A DNA stretch of 63,019 nucleotides, filler included, from Octopus bimaculoides (Eukaryota): NCBI RefSeq assembly GCF_001194135.2. It is 4 parts of 4 records of this genome, joined end to end, with 100 filler letters (N's around TTAATTAATTAA, not from the genome) between each part and the next. Parts side by side here need not be neighbours in the genome. Positions count along the whole stretch, not along the records: positions 1 to 28,921 come from NC_068982.1; 3 more parts are not named here. One strand, 5' to 3'. The notes under the pieces are model-generated. The model saw only the letters and a list, made by a program, of their open reading frames with translations. It ran no database searches and was not told where the DNA came from. Below, in pieces: positions 12,298 through 23,338 of the stretch. The stretch's first letter is position 1. The number at the start of each line of letters is the position of its first letter. Both the position numbers and the translations under genes were made by a program.

Positions 12298-13059
12298 AAA
12301 ACAGCAAATTTAAAAAGNNNNNNNNNNNNNNNNNNNNNNNNNNNNNNNNNNNNNNNNNNNNNNNNNNNNNNNNNNNNNNNNNNNNNNNNNNNNNNNNNNN
12401 NNNNNNNNNNNNNNNNNNNNNNNNNNNNNNNNNNNNNNNNNNNNNNNNNNNNNNNNNNNNNNNNNNNNNNNNNNNNNNNNNNNNNNNNNNNNNNNNNNNN
12501 NNNNNNNNNNNNNNNNNNNNNNNNNNNNNNNNNNNNNNNNNNNNNNNNNNNNNNNNNNNNNNNNNNNNNNNNNNNNNNNNNNNNNNNNNNNNNNNNNNNN
12601 NNNNNNNNNNNNNNNNNNNNNNNNNNNNNNNNNNNNNNNNNNNNNNNNNNNNNNNNNNNNNNNNNNNNNNNNNNNNNNNNNNNNNNNNNNNNNNNNNNNN
12701 NNNNNNNNNNNNNNNNNNNNNNNNNNNNNNNNNNNNNNNNNNNNNNNNNNNNNNNNNNNNNNNNNNNNNNNNNNNNNNNNNNNNNNNNNNNNNNNNNNNN
12801 NNNNNNNNNNNNNNNNNNNNNNNNNNNNNNNNNNNNNNNNNNNNNNNNNNNNNNNNNNNNNNNNNNNNNNNNNNNNNNNNNNNNNNNNNNNNNNNNNNNN
12901 NNNNNNNNNNNNNNNNNNNNNNNNNNNNNNNNNNNNNNNNNNNNNNNNNNNNNNNNNNNNNNNNNNNNNNNNNNNNNNNNNNNNNNNNNNNNNNNNNNNN
13001 NNNNNNNNNNNNNNNNNNNNNNNNNNNNNNNNNNNNNNNNNNNNNNNNNNNNNNNNNNA

Positions 13060-13525
13060 AGTACCAGTTATGCACTGGGGTCGATGTAATCAACTTAACC
13101 CCTTTATCTGTCCTTGTTTGTCCCCTCTGTGTTTAGCCCCTTGTGGGCAGTAAAGAAATAGGTATTTCGTCTGCCGCTACGTTCTGAGTTCAAATTCCGC
13201 CGAGGTCGACTTTGCCTTTCATCCTTTGGGGGGGTCGATAAATTAAGTACCAGTTATGCACTGGGATCGATGTAATCAACTTAACCCCTTTATCTGTCCT
13301 TGTTTGTCCCCTCTATGTTTAGCCCCTTGTGGGCAATAAAGAAATAAGAAACGTTAGCACGCCGGGCGAAATGCTTAGCGGTATTTTGTCTTTACGTTCT
13401 GAATTCAAATTCCGTCGAGGTCGACTTTGCCTTACATCCTTTCGGGGATCGATAAATTAAGTACCAGTTGCATACTGGGTCGATCTAAGGTTTCAGGCCT
13501 TGTGCCTAGAGCAGAAAAGATTATT
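13060..13525 (+). mobile_element. Tandem concatemer of SINE-B units (about 190-200 bp period)
   Basis: Three consecutive AAGTACCAGTT..CTGGG..TCGAT units. The first two end GTGGGCA(G/A)TAAAGAAATA and restart inside the SINE 5' region. Confidence 0.85.
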
Positions 13526-13911
13526 TAATGTGTGCTTGGCTAATATCTCTAACAGATCAGTCAACGAAGTAAAGGCTCCCAAACTGACTAGTTATTAGTG
13601 TTGATGCTATTAAAGATAACTTTTGAGTTCAAACGCCGCTAAGGTTGACCTACCTTCCATCGTTTCGGAATCTGAAAAAAATACCTGTTGGTCTGTAGGA
13701 TTCGATGTAATCGACTTTCCCCGTTTTCAAAATTGCTAGAAACTATTTAAGATAACTAATCTACATCACTTTCTTTCCGTAATTTTATGCGCGACATAGA
13801 ATGTAGCTACTTTTCTTTCCTTTTGGTCACAGTCTTCTAAAAAAATGCTTTATGAAAATTACATTAATGCAAAGAAAAATAGTTTTTATCCTTTGTTTTT
13901 TTAAAAAATTG

Positions 13912-14143
13912 TTTCAGTCATTAGACTGCAGCCATGCTAGGGCATCGCCTTGAAGTGTTCAGTCGAATAAATCGACCCTAGTGTTTATTATTTTTCTAAG
14001 CCTGGTACTTATCCTACCGATCTGTTTTGCCGAACCGCTAGGTTACAGAGACGCAAACAAATCGACTCTGGTTGTCAAGCAGTTGTGAGACACACAAACA
14101 CACCTTTCTCCCTCTCTTTCAAACAGACACACACACATACTCT

Positions 14144-14202
<59 letters not shown>

Positions 14203-14597
14203 NNNNNNNNNNNNNNNNNNNNNNNNNNNNNNNNNNNNNNNNNNNNNNNNNNNNNNNNNNNNNNNNNNNNNNNNNNNNNNNNNNNNNNNNNNNNNNNNNN
14301 NNNNNNNNNNNNNNNNNNNNNNNNNNNNNNNNNNNNNNNNNNNNNNNNNNNNNNNNNNNNNNNNNNNNNNNNNNNNNNNNNNNNNNNNNNNNNNNNNNNN
14401 NNNNNNNNNNNNNNNNNNNNNNNNNNNNNNNNNNNNNNNNNNNNNNNNNNNNNNNNNNNNNNNNNNNNNNNNNNNNNNNNNNNNNNNNNNNNNNNNNNNN
14501 NNNNNNNNNNNNNNNNNNNNNNNNNNNNNNTAGTGTAATCAACCCGTAACCATGTGGTTGGGAAGCAAATTTCTATTCTCACAGCCACACCTGCGCT
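13912..14597 (-). mobile_element. SINE family A copy with internal (CT)n/(CA)n tract and gap
   Basis: 3' tail reverse complement TTCAGTCATTAGACTGCAGCCATGCTAGGGCATCGCC at about 13913; head reverse complement AACCATGTGGTTGGGAAGCAAATTT...CACAGCCACACCTGCGC at 14550-14597. Confidence 0.75.
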
Positions 14598-14939
14598 TAA
14601 ACTTTTTCTTTTCCTTTTTTGTAAAATAATTTTCTTTTATATGAAAAACAAATAAAATAAATAAAAGTAGATTCATAAATAAAATTGAAAATATTGCAAT
14701 GCAGAATCGAAACTAGATCACAAAATTTCATGTGCGAAGTATTACTGCTGTACCTCAGTAACTTTCACGTTAGTTGTCACCCTTACGCTGTGTGTATGCT
14801 TTCACGTGTGTGTGTGTGTGTGTGTATGTGTGTGTGTGTGTGTGTGTGCGTGTGTGTGTGTATGCTTGCAAGAACATGCCTGTATAAGCGTGTACATAAG
14901 AGTAAAGTTTATGTGTAAATGTATGCCACTATGTGTGGC

Positions 14940-15280
14940 GTATTTCGGGGTCGATAAAATAGGTACCAGTTGAATAGTGGTATCGATGTAAACGACTTAA
15001 CCCGCCCTCGAAATTACTGGCCGTCGGGCCTGAATTTGAAATCAGTATCTGTAACACACTAAGGCTGCGAACCGGCAGAATCGTTACCGCGCCGAGCAAA
15101 TAGCTTAGCAGCAATTCGTTTGTCTCTACTTTCTGAGTTCAAATTCCGCCGAGTTCGACTTTTGCCTTTCATCCTTTCGGGGGTCAATAAAGTAAGTATC
15201 AGTTGAGCACTGACGTTGATGTAATCGACTGACTCCTTTTCCTCGAAATTGCTGGCCTTGTGTCAAAAATTTGAAACCAA
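14940..15280 (+). mobile_element. Two adjacent SINE-B copies; the second inserted at the 3' junction of the first
   Basis: TSD TATCTGTAACA at 15046-15056 and 15281-15291. Confidence 0.8.
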
Positions 15281-15427
15281 TATCTGTAACATTAAAATTT
15301 TGAGATGTATGTATGTAAGCATTAATGAAATGTTTTTTGTCAATCTCTTTAACGCTCCTATATTTACATACACAAACATATACACACACACATGCGCATA
15401 CACACGCACACATACATTCCGGTATAA

Positions 15428-17260
15428 AGCGGATTCAATAGACTAACGGAGGGTTAAAACAATGTTACCTAATATACATGCAAAGATATAAACGCAAAAT
15501 ACACTTCACACATGTCTATTGCATATACACATATGCATGCATACACACATACATACATACATACATACAGGCGTGGCTGTGTGGTAAGAAACTTGCTTCC
15601 CAGCCACATGCTTCCGGGTTCAGTCCCACTGCGTGACACCTTGGGCAAAGTGTCTTCTACTATAGCCTCGGGCAGACCAAAGCCTTGTTAGTAGATTTGG
15701 TAGACGGAAACTAAAAGAAGCCTGTATGTTTGTGTCTGTGATTATCTGTGTTTGTCCCCACCCACCATGACAAATGACGTTGGTGTGTTTACGTTACCGT
15801 AAATTAGCGGTTCGGCAAAACAGACCAATATAATAAGTACTAGGCTTACAAAGAATAAGTCCTGAAGTCGATTCGTTCCACTAAAGGCGGTGCTCCAGTA
15901 TGGCCGCAAGTAAAAGAATACCTACGTACAAGCACAAAAACCAGCAAATACACATTCACAAACACGTATATATTGAGGGAAATGGAATACCGATTGATAT
16001 TTTGAACTAATACTGCTTTCGTTGCTAATAACGAATTTTATTTAGCCTATCGGCTGATTTTCTTCTACTGCTAATATATTTCTGTAGGCGTTTTAAACAC
16101 TATATGTATTCGAGACGAATACCGTACTTTAGTGGGCTCTCAACAATATACCTCCTTGAAGTATGATATACAGATTACTATTTTGAACTAATACTGCTTT
16201 TGTCGCTAATAACGAATTTTTATTCAACCTGTCAGCTAAGCGCGACATCAGTAATGTTTCAATCACTGTTAACGTTATTAGTTAACGCCTGATTTTCACT
16301 TAGCATGCTGTGCTGGTGAATACTTGTACTGATGAAGCTCAAAGAAGCAGAAATACATATTTAGCAATACCACCACCGCTACCACACGGCTTTTGTCTGC
16401 TGCTGAGATATTTTTGCATTTTTAAACAGTATACGCCTATAAGGGGTACTTTCTTGAGACGAATACCGCAGTTTATCAGGCTTTCAACAATACATCTCTT
16501 TTAAGTGTCATATACAGACTAATACATGTATATTATATAGGACGAACTTCCATGCAGCTTTTTGTCTACTACATTCGCTCACATGGAATCGGTCGGCCGG
16601 TGGTTGTAGTAGAAGACACTTACCCAAAGTGCCGTGTATTGGCATTGAACCTGAAGCAACATGGCTGCAAAGCAAACTTCTTAATCACGCAGTCATTTTT
16701 TTTTATGGAGACAGTGAATATGGAATGCAAAGTTGATTGCAGTGGGTTTCAACTCAACAGCCAGAGAGTCGGAACAGATACCTTCTCTGCAATTCTCTAA
16801 CGACTCTTCCACTTTGACGCCTTCATATATTCTTTGTATATTTCTAGAGCGGATTCAATAGACTAACGGAGAACTAAAGCAATCTTACCTAATATACATA
16901 CAAAGATATAAGCGCAAATTACACTTCACTCATGCAAAACATACACATGTCTATGCATACATACATACATACATACATACATACATACATACATACATAC
17001 AAGCACAAAAACCAACAAACACCCATTCACACACACATATATTGAAGAAAATGGAATACCGATTGATATTTTGAACTAATACTGTTTTCGTCGCTGATAA
17101 CGAATTTTATTTAGCCTATCGGCTGATTTTCTTCTGCTACTAATGTATTTCTGTGGGTTTTTTAAACACTATATGTCTATAAGAGATACTTTCTCGAGAC
17201 GAATACCATACTTTAGTGGGCTTTCAACCTCCTTTAAGTATGATATACAGATGACTATTT
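15428..17260 (+). repeat. Local direct duplication (copy 1 about 15428-16180, partial extra unit about 16180-16520, copy 2 about 16848-17260)
   Basis: AGCGGATTCAATAGACTAACGGAG at 15428 and 16848. GAAATGGAATACCGATTGATATTTTGAACTAATACTG...GAGACGAATACC...TTTAGTGGGCT is shared by both copies. Confidence 0.9.
15568..15919 (+). mobile_element. Full-length SINE family A copy inserted in a (CATA)n tract
   Basis: Head CAGGCGTGGCTGTGTGGTAAGAAACTTGCTTCC...GGGTTCAGTCCC, CORE-like ACCTTGGGCAAAGTGTCTTCTACTATAGCCTCGGG, and tail AAGGCGGTGCTCCAGTATGGCCGCAAGTAAAAG. Confidence 0.9.
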
Positions 17261-17789
17261 TATATACCTTATAAAATTCAGAATCGTTTTTCTCCTGTTT
17301 TGTCAAGAAGGGATAATAGTTTAATCTATTGTTAAGCTTCCAGTGTTTGTTGTATTGTATAAATAGCAACTATTACTAAATTATCCTCTAGAGACAGTCA
17401 ATGATTTGTCAAGGGAAATATTAACCGCGTTAATCTCTTTTCAAACCGTAACTGTGTTAGGTGAAGCCCATTATGGTTGATTTCGACACATCAGATCAAT
17501 CAATCACGCATAAATCTTTGACAGGTTCACATTTACAAAGATCTGGTTCCCGTGATGGTGACGGAAAGAGAAAACAAGCAAACTAGCGTTAAAAAAGGAA
17601 GATAGGAATAAACTAGTATCAACTAGTGTTTAGTATTTAAAATAAAATAAACAGAGGAATGAATGAACTAATGTTAAAAAACGGAAATAGGGATATAAAA
17701 ACTGGTGCATAGTAGTATTTAACTAGTATTACACTAGTATTACAAAACGGAGATAGACTAAATAGACTAGTACTAAGTAGTGTTTAACT

Positions 17790-18099
17790 CAGTGGTTCTC
17801 AAAGTGGTCGGTATTGCCCGCTTGGAAGTGGTGGAAAGTTCCAAGGGGGTGTTGAAGAAAAGTGAGGCGATAATGGGGTAACGATTCATGTAAAAACTGG
17901 GGTGATAAAAGGGTGGCGATTCATGTAAAAACAACAAAATAATGGGTTCATTAGGTTAAGTTTAATTTGTGAAATACAATTGCTTTGAATTTGCTTCAGA
18001 AGGAGGTCCATGCTTGTGATGGATAGTTGGGGTAGGGGTACTAGGAATGTGGCCTGGGTATCAAGGGGGCGGTAGCCCGAAAATGCTTGGGAACCACTG
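17790..18099. mobile_element. hAT (Charlie-like) MITE, 310 bp
   Basis: TIRs CAGTGGTTCTCAA / TTGGGAACCACTG and a perfect 8-bp TSD GTTTAACT (17782-17789, 18100-18107). Confidence 0.9.
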
Positions 18100-18241
18100 G
18101 TTTAACTAGTTGTAAAAAAGGGTGACGGGAATAAAAGAACAGATATTTAACTAGTTAGAAAGAAACAAAGGTTGGAATAATGAGAAAACTAATATTTAAA
18201 AAGAATGGAGCTTGGATTAATGACTAACCCAGCGTGAAGAA

Positions 18242-18784
18242 CCCACCACTAGGTCTAGTCCTTGATGCGGTATGGTGGCTTCTGTGCCTCAGTGGCCCTG
18301 AGAGTTGTGTTGACTAAGTTCAAACTCTCAGTAGGGCCTCCCATGTCAGATAAACCAGAAGATAAAGACTAATATGGACCATCTCTTCCCAAAGATAAAA
18401 GTTGGAGTTGCATAGGGCCAACAACCCTATCTAAAAAAATATCAAAGTTACAGAAGCATCAGTGATAATTCAAAACTAAAAAGACCCCGGTGAGTAAGAC
18501 CTTCTCTCGGGGAAACATATGACGTGGTGCAGCAAAATCTGAAAGGCTACATCTTAAGGAAACCAGCATCCTGTATTACACATCAAGCTGGCCATGACCT
18601 GGAATCTACATGGGAGACGAAAGAGAGGACGCCTTAAAAATCAGTGGATGCGAGATGCTGAGGCAGAGCTGAAAAAGCAGGGATACAATTGTAAAGGAGC
18701 AGAAGAGACAGCCCAAAATCAAGAGCAGCAGAGACAAGTCATCGATGGCTTATGCTTCATAAGAAGTGAAGGGCTTAAGTAAGT
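18242..18784 (+). mobile_element. Short RTE-derived non-autonomous retroelement ending in (TAAG)n
   Basis: 18594-18782 encodes TWNLHGRRKRGRLKNQWMRDAEAEL...VIDGLCFIRSE, like the RTE C-terminus TWNPxGKRKRGRPKxTW...GLC. Tail CTTAAGTAAGT. 11-bp TSD AGCGT(G/A)AAGAA at 18231-18241 and 18785-18795. Confidence 0.8.
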
Positions 18785-19628
18785 AGCGTAAAGAATGGAG
18801 GTAGGAATAATTAGAAAACTGGTATTATTAAAAATGGAGGATGGAATAAATTGGCTATGAGTATAAAAAGGAGATCTTTTCTATTTGGCTTTCATTTTTC
18901 AGTTCCTTCAATTTTCTTCGAACTTATTTCAAATTTCGTGTATCGTTGTAGTTTTGTATGCTAATTATGGAAATGAAATTAATTTTTGACATAAATAGAT
19001 AAATGAAAAGTTAATAGCTTTTAAAGTTTGAAAGTTTGAGATAATTTTAGCCAGTCGAAGGTCGCATAGAAATTGCCTGTTTCCATAGTAGCAAGCCAAG
19101 CTATTGTATAGTCTGCTTATCTGTCTATTTGTTTTTTCTGCAATTTATTGTTCTCGCTTACAATATATATGTATTGTTTACATCAGTGTTTGCCAACCTA
19201 TTTCTCTCCCCACCAGGCTCTACTATGTATGCCCCACCGGAAAAATGTACTCCCCACCTGTTGGAAAATAACTTTATTTTTAACATTTTATCACAATTAT
19301 TGGATAAGGAAAAGGTCAGCAGTTGTGGCTACTCTTTGGTCAGGTTTCTTAAGATTATTAGAAGAACCCAAATGCCAGATTCATTAAGTTACATCATTAT
19401 ACCAAATTTTAATATTTTCGCTTAATTTTAAAATTTCAAAATGTGAAGCCAAACAGAAAAGATCCTAAAAAAGAAAGAGAAAAATGGTGTTGGCCAAGGA
19501 TTTTTTTTCTGTTGTTGTTGTTGTTGTTTAGCATGGAGGACTCTGGTTGAACAGGCCTATAATCAAAGATATCCCAACCGTGTCCACCTCGTCTTATCCT
19601 TGTATAATTGAACTCAGAATCACCATAC

Positions 19629-19958
19629 CCAATGATGCCAGGGGAAGTTGGTTTCTGATTGAAGGAAGTGGAGCGACCACGAAAAGGCTCTCCCGTTAGC
19701 CAATGGTGGTGTTGTAGGCGACGGTGTTTTTGCAAGGGTGGTTGTATTGTTGTTGTTGATAGCTGTAGAGATGCTAGTGGTAGTGTCGGTGGCAGAGATG
19801 AGGTTGTTAGTGGTGTTGGTGGAGGTGATTGATAAGGGTGATGATGGTGATAGTGGTAGTGGTTTTGGTGGAGGTGATGTTGATGTTGTTATTCGTGGCG
19901 GTGGAAGTGGCAATGATAGTGTTGTTGGTGCTGTTATTGCTGATGATGGTGATGGTGC
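19629..19958 (-). CDS. Candidate P/S/T-rich internal exon (330 nt, phase 0-0), product unknown
   Basis: Acceptor TTTTTAGTCTTGTTTACACAG|G and donor TGG|GTATGG. The frame is open throughout (APSPSSAITAP...KTPSPTTPPLANGRAFSW...HHW). Low complexity makes the call uncertain. Confidence 0.3.
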
Positions 19959-20676
19959 CTGTGTAAACAAGACTAAAAAAGGATGAAAATATCCCGATAA
20001 AAGAAGAGAAAGAAGCCACACAGATAGGGAAGGGTGTGCAAAATAAAATGTAATAGTCAAAGAAACGAGAGTAAAACGGTCATAAGACAACGGGTGGGAA
20101 AGGGAGTAAAATAGAAGAGAGAGAGGGGGAGAAGGAGAGAGGGGAGAAAGAGAGAGAGAGAGAGAGAGAGANNNNNNNNNNNNNNNNNNNNNNNNNNNNN
20201 NNNNNNNNNNNNNNNNNNNNNNNNNNNNNNNNNNNNNNNNNNNNNNNNNNNNNNNNNNNNNNNNNNNNNNNNNNNNNNNNNNNNNNNNNNNNNNNNNNNN
20301 NNNNNNNNNNNNNNNNNNNNNNNNNNNNNNNNNNNNNNNNNNNNNNNNNNNNNNNNNNNNNNNNNNNNNNNNNNNNNNNNNNNNNNNNNNNNNNNNNNNN
20401 NNNNNNNNNNNNNNNNNNNNNNNNNNNNNNNNNNNNNNNNNNNNNNNNNNNNNNNNNNNNNNNNNNNNNNNNNNNNNNNNNNNNNNNNNNNNNNNNNNNN
20501 NNNNNNNNNNNNNNNNNNNNNNNNNNNNNNNNNNNNNNNNNNNNNNNNNNNNNNNNNNNNNNNNNNNNNNNNNNNNNNNNNNNNNNNNNNNNNNNNNNNN
20601 NNNNNNNNNNNNNNNNNNNNNNNNNNNNNNNNNNNNNNNNNNNNNNNNNNNNNNNNNNNNNNNNNNNNNNNNNNNN

Positions 20677-20695
20677 GGAAACTGAAAGAAGCTCG

Positions 20696-20735
<40 letters not shown>

Positions 20736-20942
20736 GTATATGTGTGTGTGCGTGTTTGTCTCCCTACCATCGCTTGATGACCAATGTTGGTGCGTTTATG
20801 TCCTCGTAACATAGCGGTTCGGCAAAAGAGACCGATAGAATAAGTACTAAGCTTACAAAGAATAAGTCCTGGGGTCGATTTGCTCGACTAAAGGCGGTGC
20901 TCCAGCATGGCCGCAGTCAGATGACTGAAACAAATAAAAGAA
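20677..20942 (+). mobile_element. 3' half of a SINE family A copy (5' part lost in gap)
   Basis: GGAAACTGAAAGAAGC...GCGGTTCGGCAAAAGAGACCGATAGAATAAGTACT...GGCGGTGCTCCAGCATGGCCGCAGTCAGATGACTGAAAC. Confidence 0.9.
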
Positions 20943-21879
20943 AAAAATATATTTAAACAACAAAATCTTATATGAACTCCCAACGGTCATATGAACCCTG
21001 GTTGAGAATCCCTGTTATATGTGAACACCGCGTACAAAACTCAATAAATGATCTTTATAATTCTTTTCTTGAATCATCATCATAAATTTATATGGCTTAG
21101 TGGTTAGGGCGTTGCACTCACGATCTAGCAATCGTGATTTCGATTCCTAGACCGGGTAGTGCGTTATGTTCTTGAACGAAACACCTCATCTCACGTTGTA
21201 TATATAAAATTAATATGAACAGCAGTTTGCAATGTTTCACCGAAAAGGAGAATCACAAATGTCAGTAAATGCGACTAGGGTGTTACACAATACCTACAGT
21301 GCTAGAAATAACAGCTAAACCGGTCTAATGCTGTAATTAACGCACACGAATGAAAACATATACATTAACAGGGACCATAATCGTCCGAAAAGTGCCAGTC
21401 ATTTTCGGTAATTTCCGTCGCCTCATCAGTTAAGTCAACTCGACTTCGGCCCTTTCCAGACTCGCTTCTCCATTAGTATTTATGTTTTCATCATCCAAAT
21501 AACTGGATGATTTAGCGATTCGCTAATGTGTATAAAATTAATATAAACAGGAGTTTCACTAAAAAGAATTGCAAATGCCTCTAAATGCGATCTTAGATCT
21601 GCTGGAATATCTTAGATCATAGGTCTGTTCAACCAGAGTCCTCCTGGTGCTAAATAACAACAACAAAAACCTCTACCGACCCCATTTTTCTTTATCCTTT
21701 TTATACTCTTAGCCAATTACACTCTCCCACCATTTTTAATAGTACCATTTTATAGTCATTATTCCTACCGCCATTCTTTACTCTACTTAAGCCCTTCACT
21801 TCATATGGGGCATAAGCCATCGATGACTTGTCTCTGCTGTTCTTGATTCTAGGCTGCCTTTTTTGCTTCTTTCCAGTTG

Positions 21880-23338
21880 GATTTCTGCTTTTTCAGAAGT
21901 CGACCCAAGCAGCACTTGAACCCAGAACGTAAAAGCAGACGAAATACCGCTAGGTATTTTGGCATTGCGCCAGTAATTTTGGGGAAGGGGAAAGTCGATT
22001 ATAGCGACCCCAGTACTCAACTGGTACTTGTTTTATCGACCTCGATGAATGAAAGGCAAAGTCGACCTCGGCAGTATTTGAACTCAGAACGAAAAGACGG
22101 ACGAAATACCGTTAGGCATTTTCACCTATGCAATAACGATTCTGCCAATTCGCCACCTTAACTTGTGGTTAGAAAATAATAATAATTATCCGTTTTACAG
22201 GGTCAGCAATTTTAGGGGAATGGGTAAATTGATTACATCGATCTCTATACTTGACTGCTATATCATTTTATCTGGTAGAGAGCCAGCAGTTTTACACCGA
22301 CTCCAATAATTAACTGGTACTTATTTTATCGACCCCTAAAGGATGAGAGGCAAAGTCGACCACGACGGGATTTGAACTCAGAACGTAAAACCAGACGAAT
22401 GCCACTAAGCATTTCGTCTGGCATGTTAACTATTCTCCCAGTTCGCTGTCTTCTTAAAAATCATTTCTGCTATAAGCTCGAGGCCTGAAATTTTAGAGAA
22501 GGGTTAGTTGATTACATCGACCCATTGCTTAACTGGTACTAATTTCATCGACCCTAAAAGCATGAAAGGCAAAGTCGACTTCGGCGGAAATTGAATCCAG
22601 AATGTAAAGACAGACGAAATGCTGTTAAGCATTTTGCCCCTGGTGCTTAGCAGTATTTCGTCTGTCTCTACACGAGTTCAAATTCCGCCGAGGTCGACTT
22701 TGCCTTTCATCCTTTCGGATTCGATAAATTAAGTACCAGTTGCGTACTGGAGTCGATCTAATCGACTGGCCTCCTCCTCAAAAATTTCGGGCCTTGTGAC
22801 TAAAGCAGAAAAGAATATATTTTAACTTTTTGTTGTGGAATGAACTGATATCCCCGCACGTGACTGTCAGTGGACTGGACGAGTCTTATAAATAGATGAG
22901 CCAGTAGTCAATTGAGATAGAGCGGTGAGGGTTGTAGTCTCATTATTTCTGCATTGGAGCTTTGGATTGCTATATTGTGCGAACTGTTATAATAAGATAA
23001 CCAACTCTTGTTACATTGCTTATTGTTATACGGTTATATTAATATTTGGTACTGTGATATATTGTTACACACACACATCATATAACGTTACTGATGATAT
23101 AACACTTTTAATACAATTCCTAATAATCCTTTTTACTATAGGCACAAGGCCCGAAATTTTGGGGAAGAGAGATAATCGATTACATCGACGCCAGTAGAGC
23201 ACTGGTACTCATTTTATCGACCCCCAGAAAATAAAAAGCAAAGTCGACCTCGGCGGAATTAGAACTGAAAACGTAACGGGCGAAATACCGCTAAGCATTT
23301 CGTCCAACATGCTTAACGACTCTGCCAGCTCGCCGCCT
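21880..23338. mobile_element. Dense SINE-B cluster: 5-6 minus copies plus one plus copy (22644-22815)
   Basis: Repeated GAAAGGCAAAGTCGAC(C/T)TCGGCGGAA / GAACTCAGAACG motifs. The copy at 23128-23338 has TSD TAATA(C/T)AATTCCTAATAAT. Confidence 0.85.

Larger units (their letters stand above)
17581..18860 (+). repeat. Degenerate minisatellite (AACTAGT...AAAAA(C/T)GGAG..GGAATAA-like units) interrupted by two insertions
   Basis: Recurrent AACTAG(T/C) and AAGAATGGAG(G)TAGGAATAA motifs occur on both sides of the inserts at 17790-18099 and 18242-18784. Confidence 0.55.
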
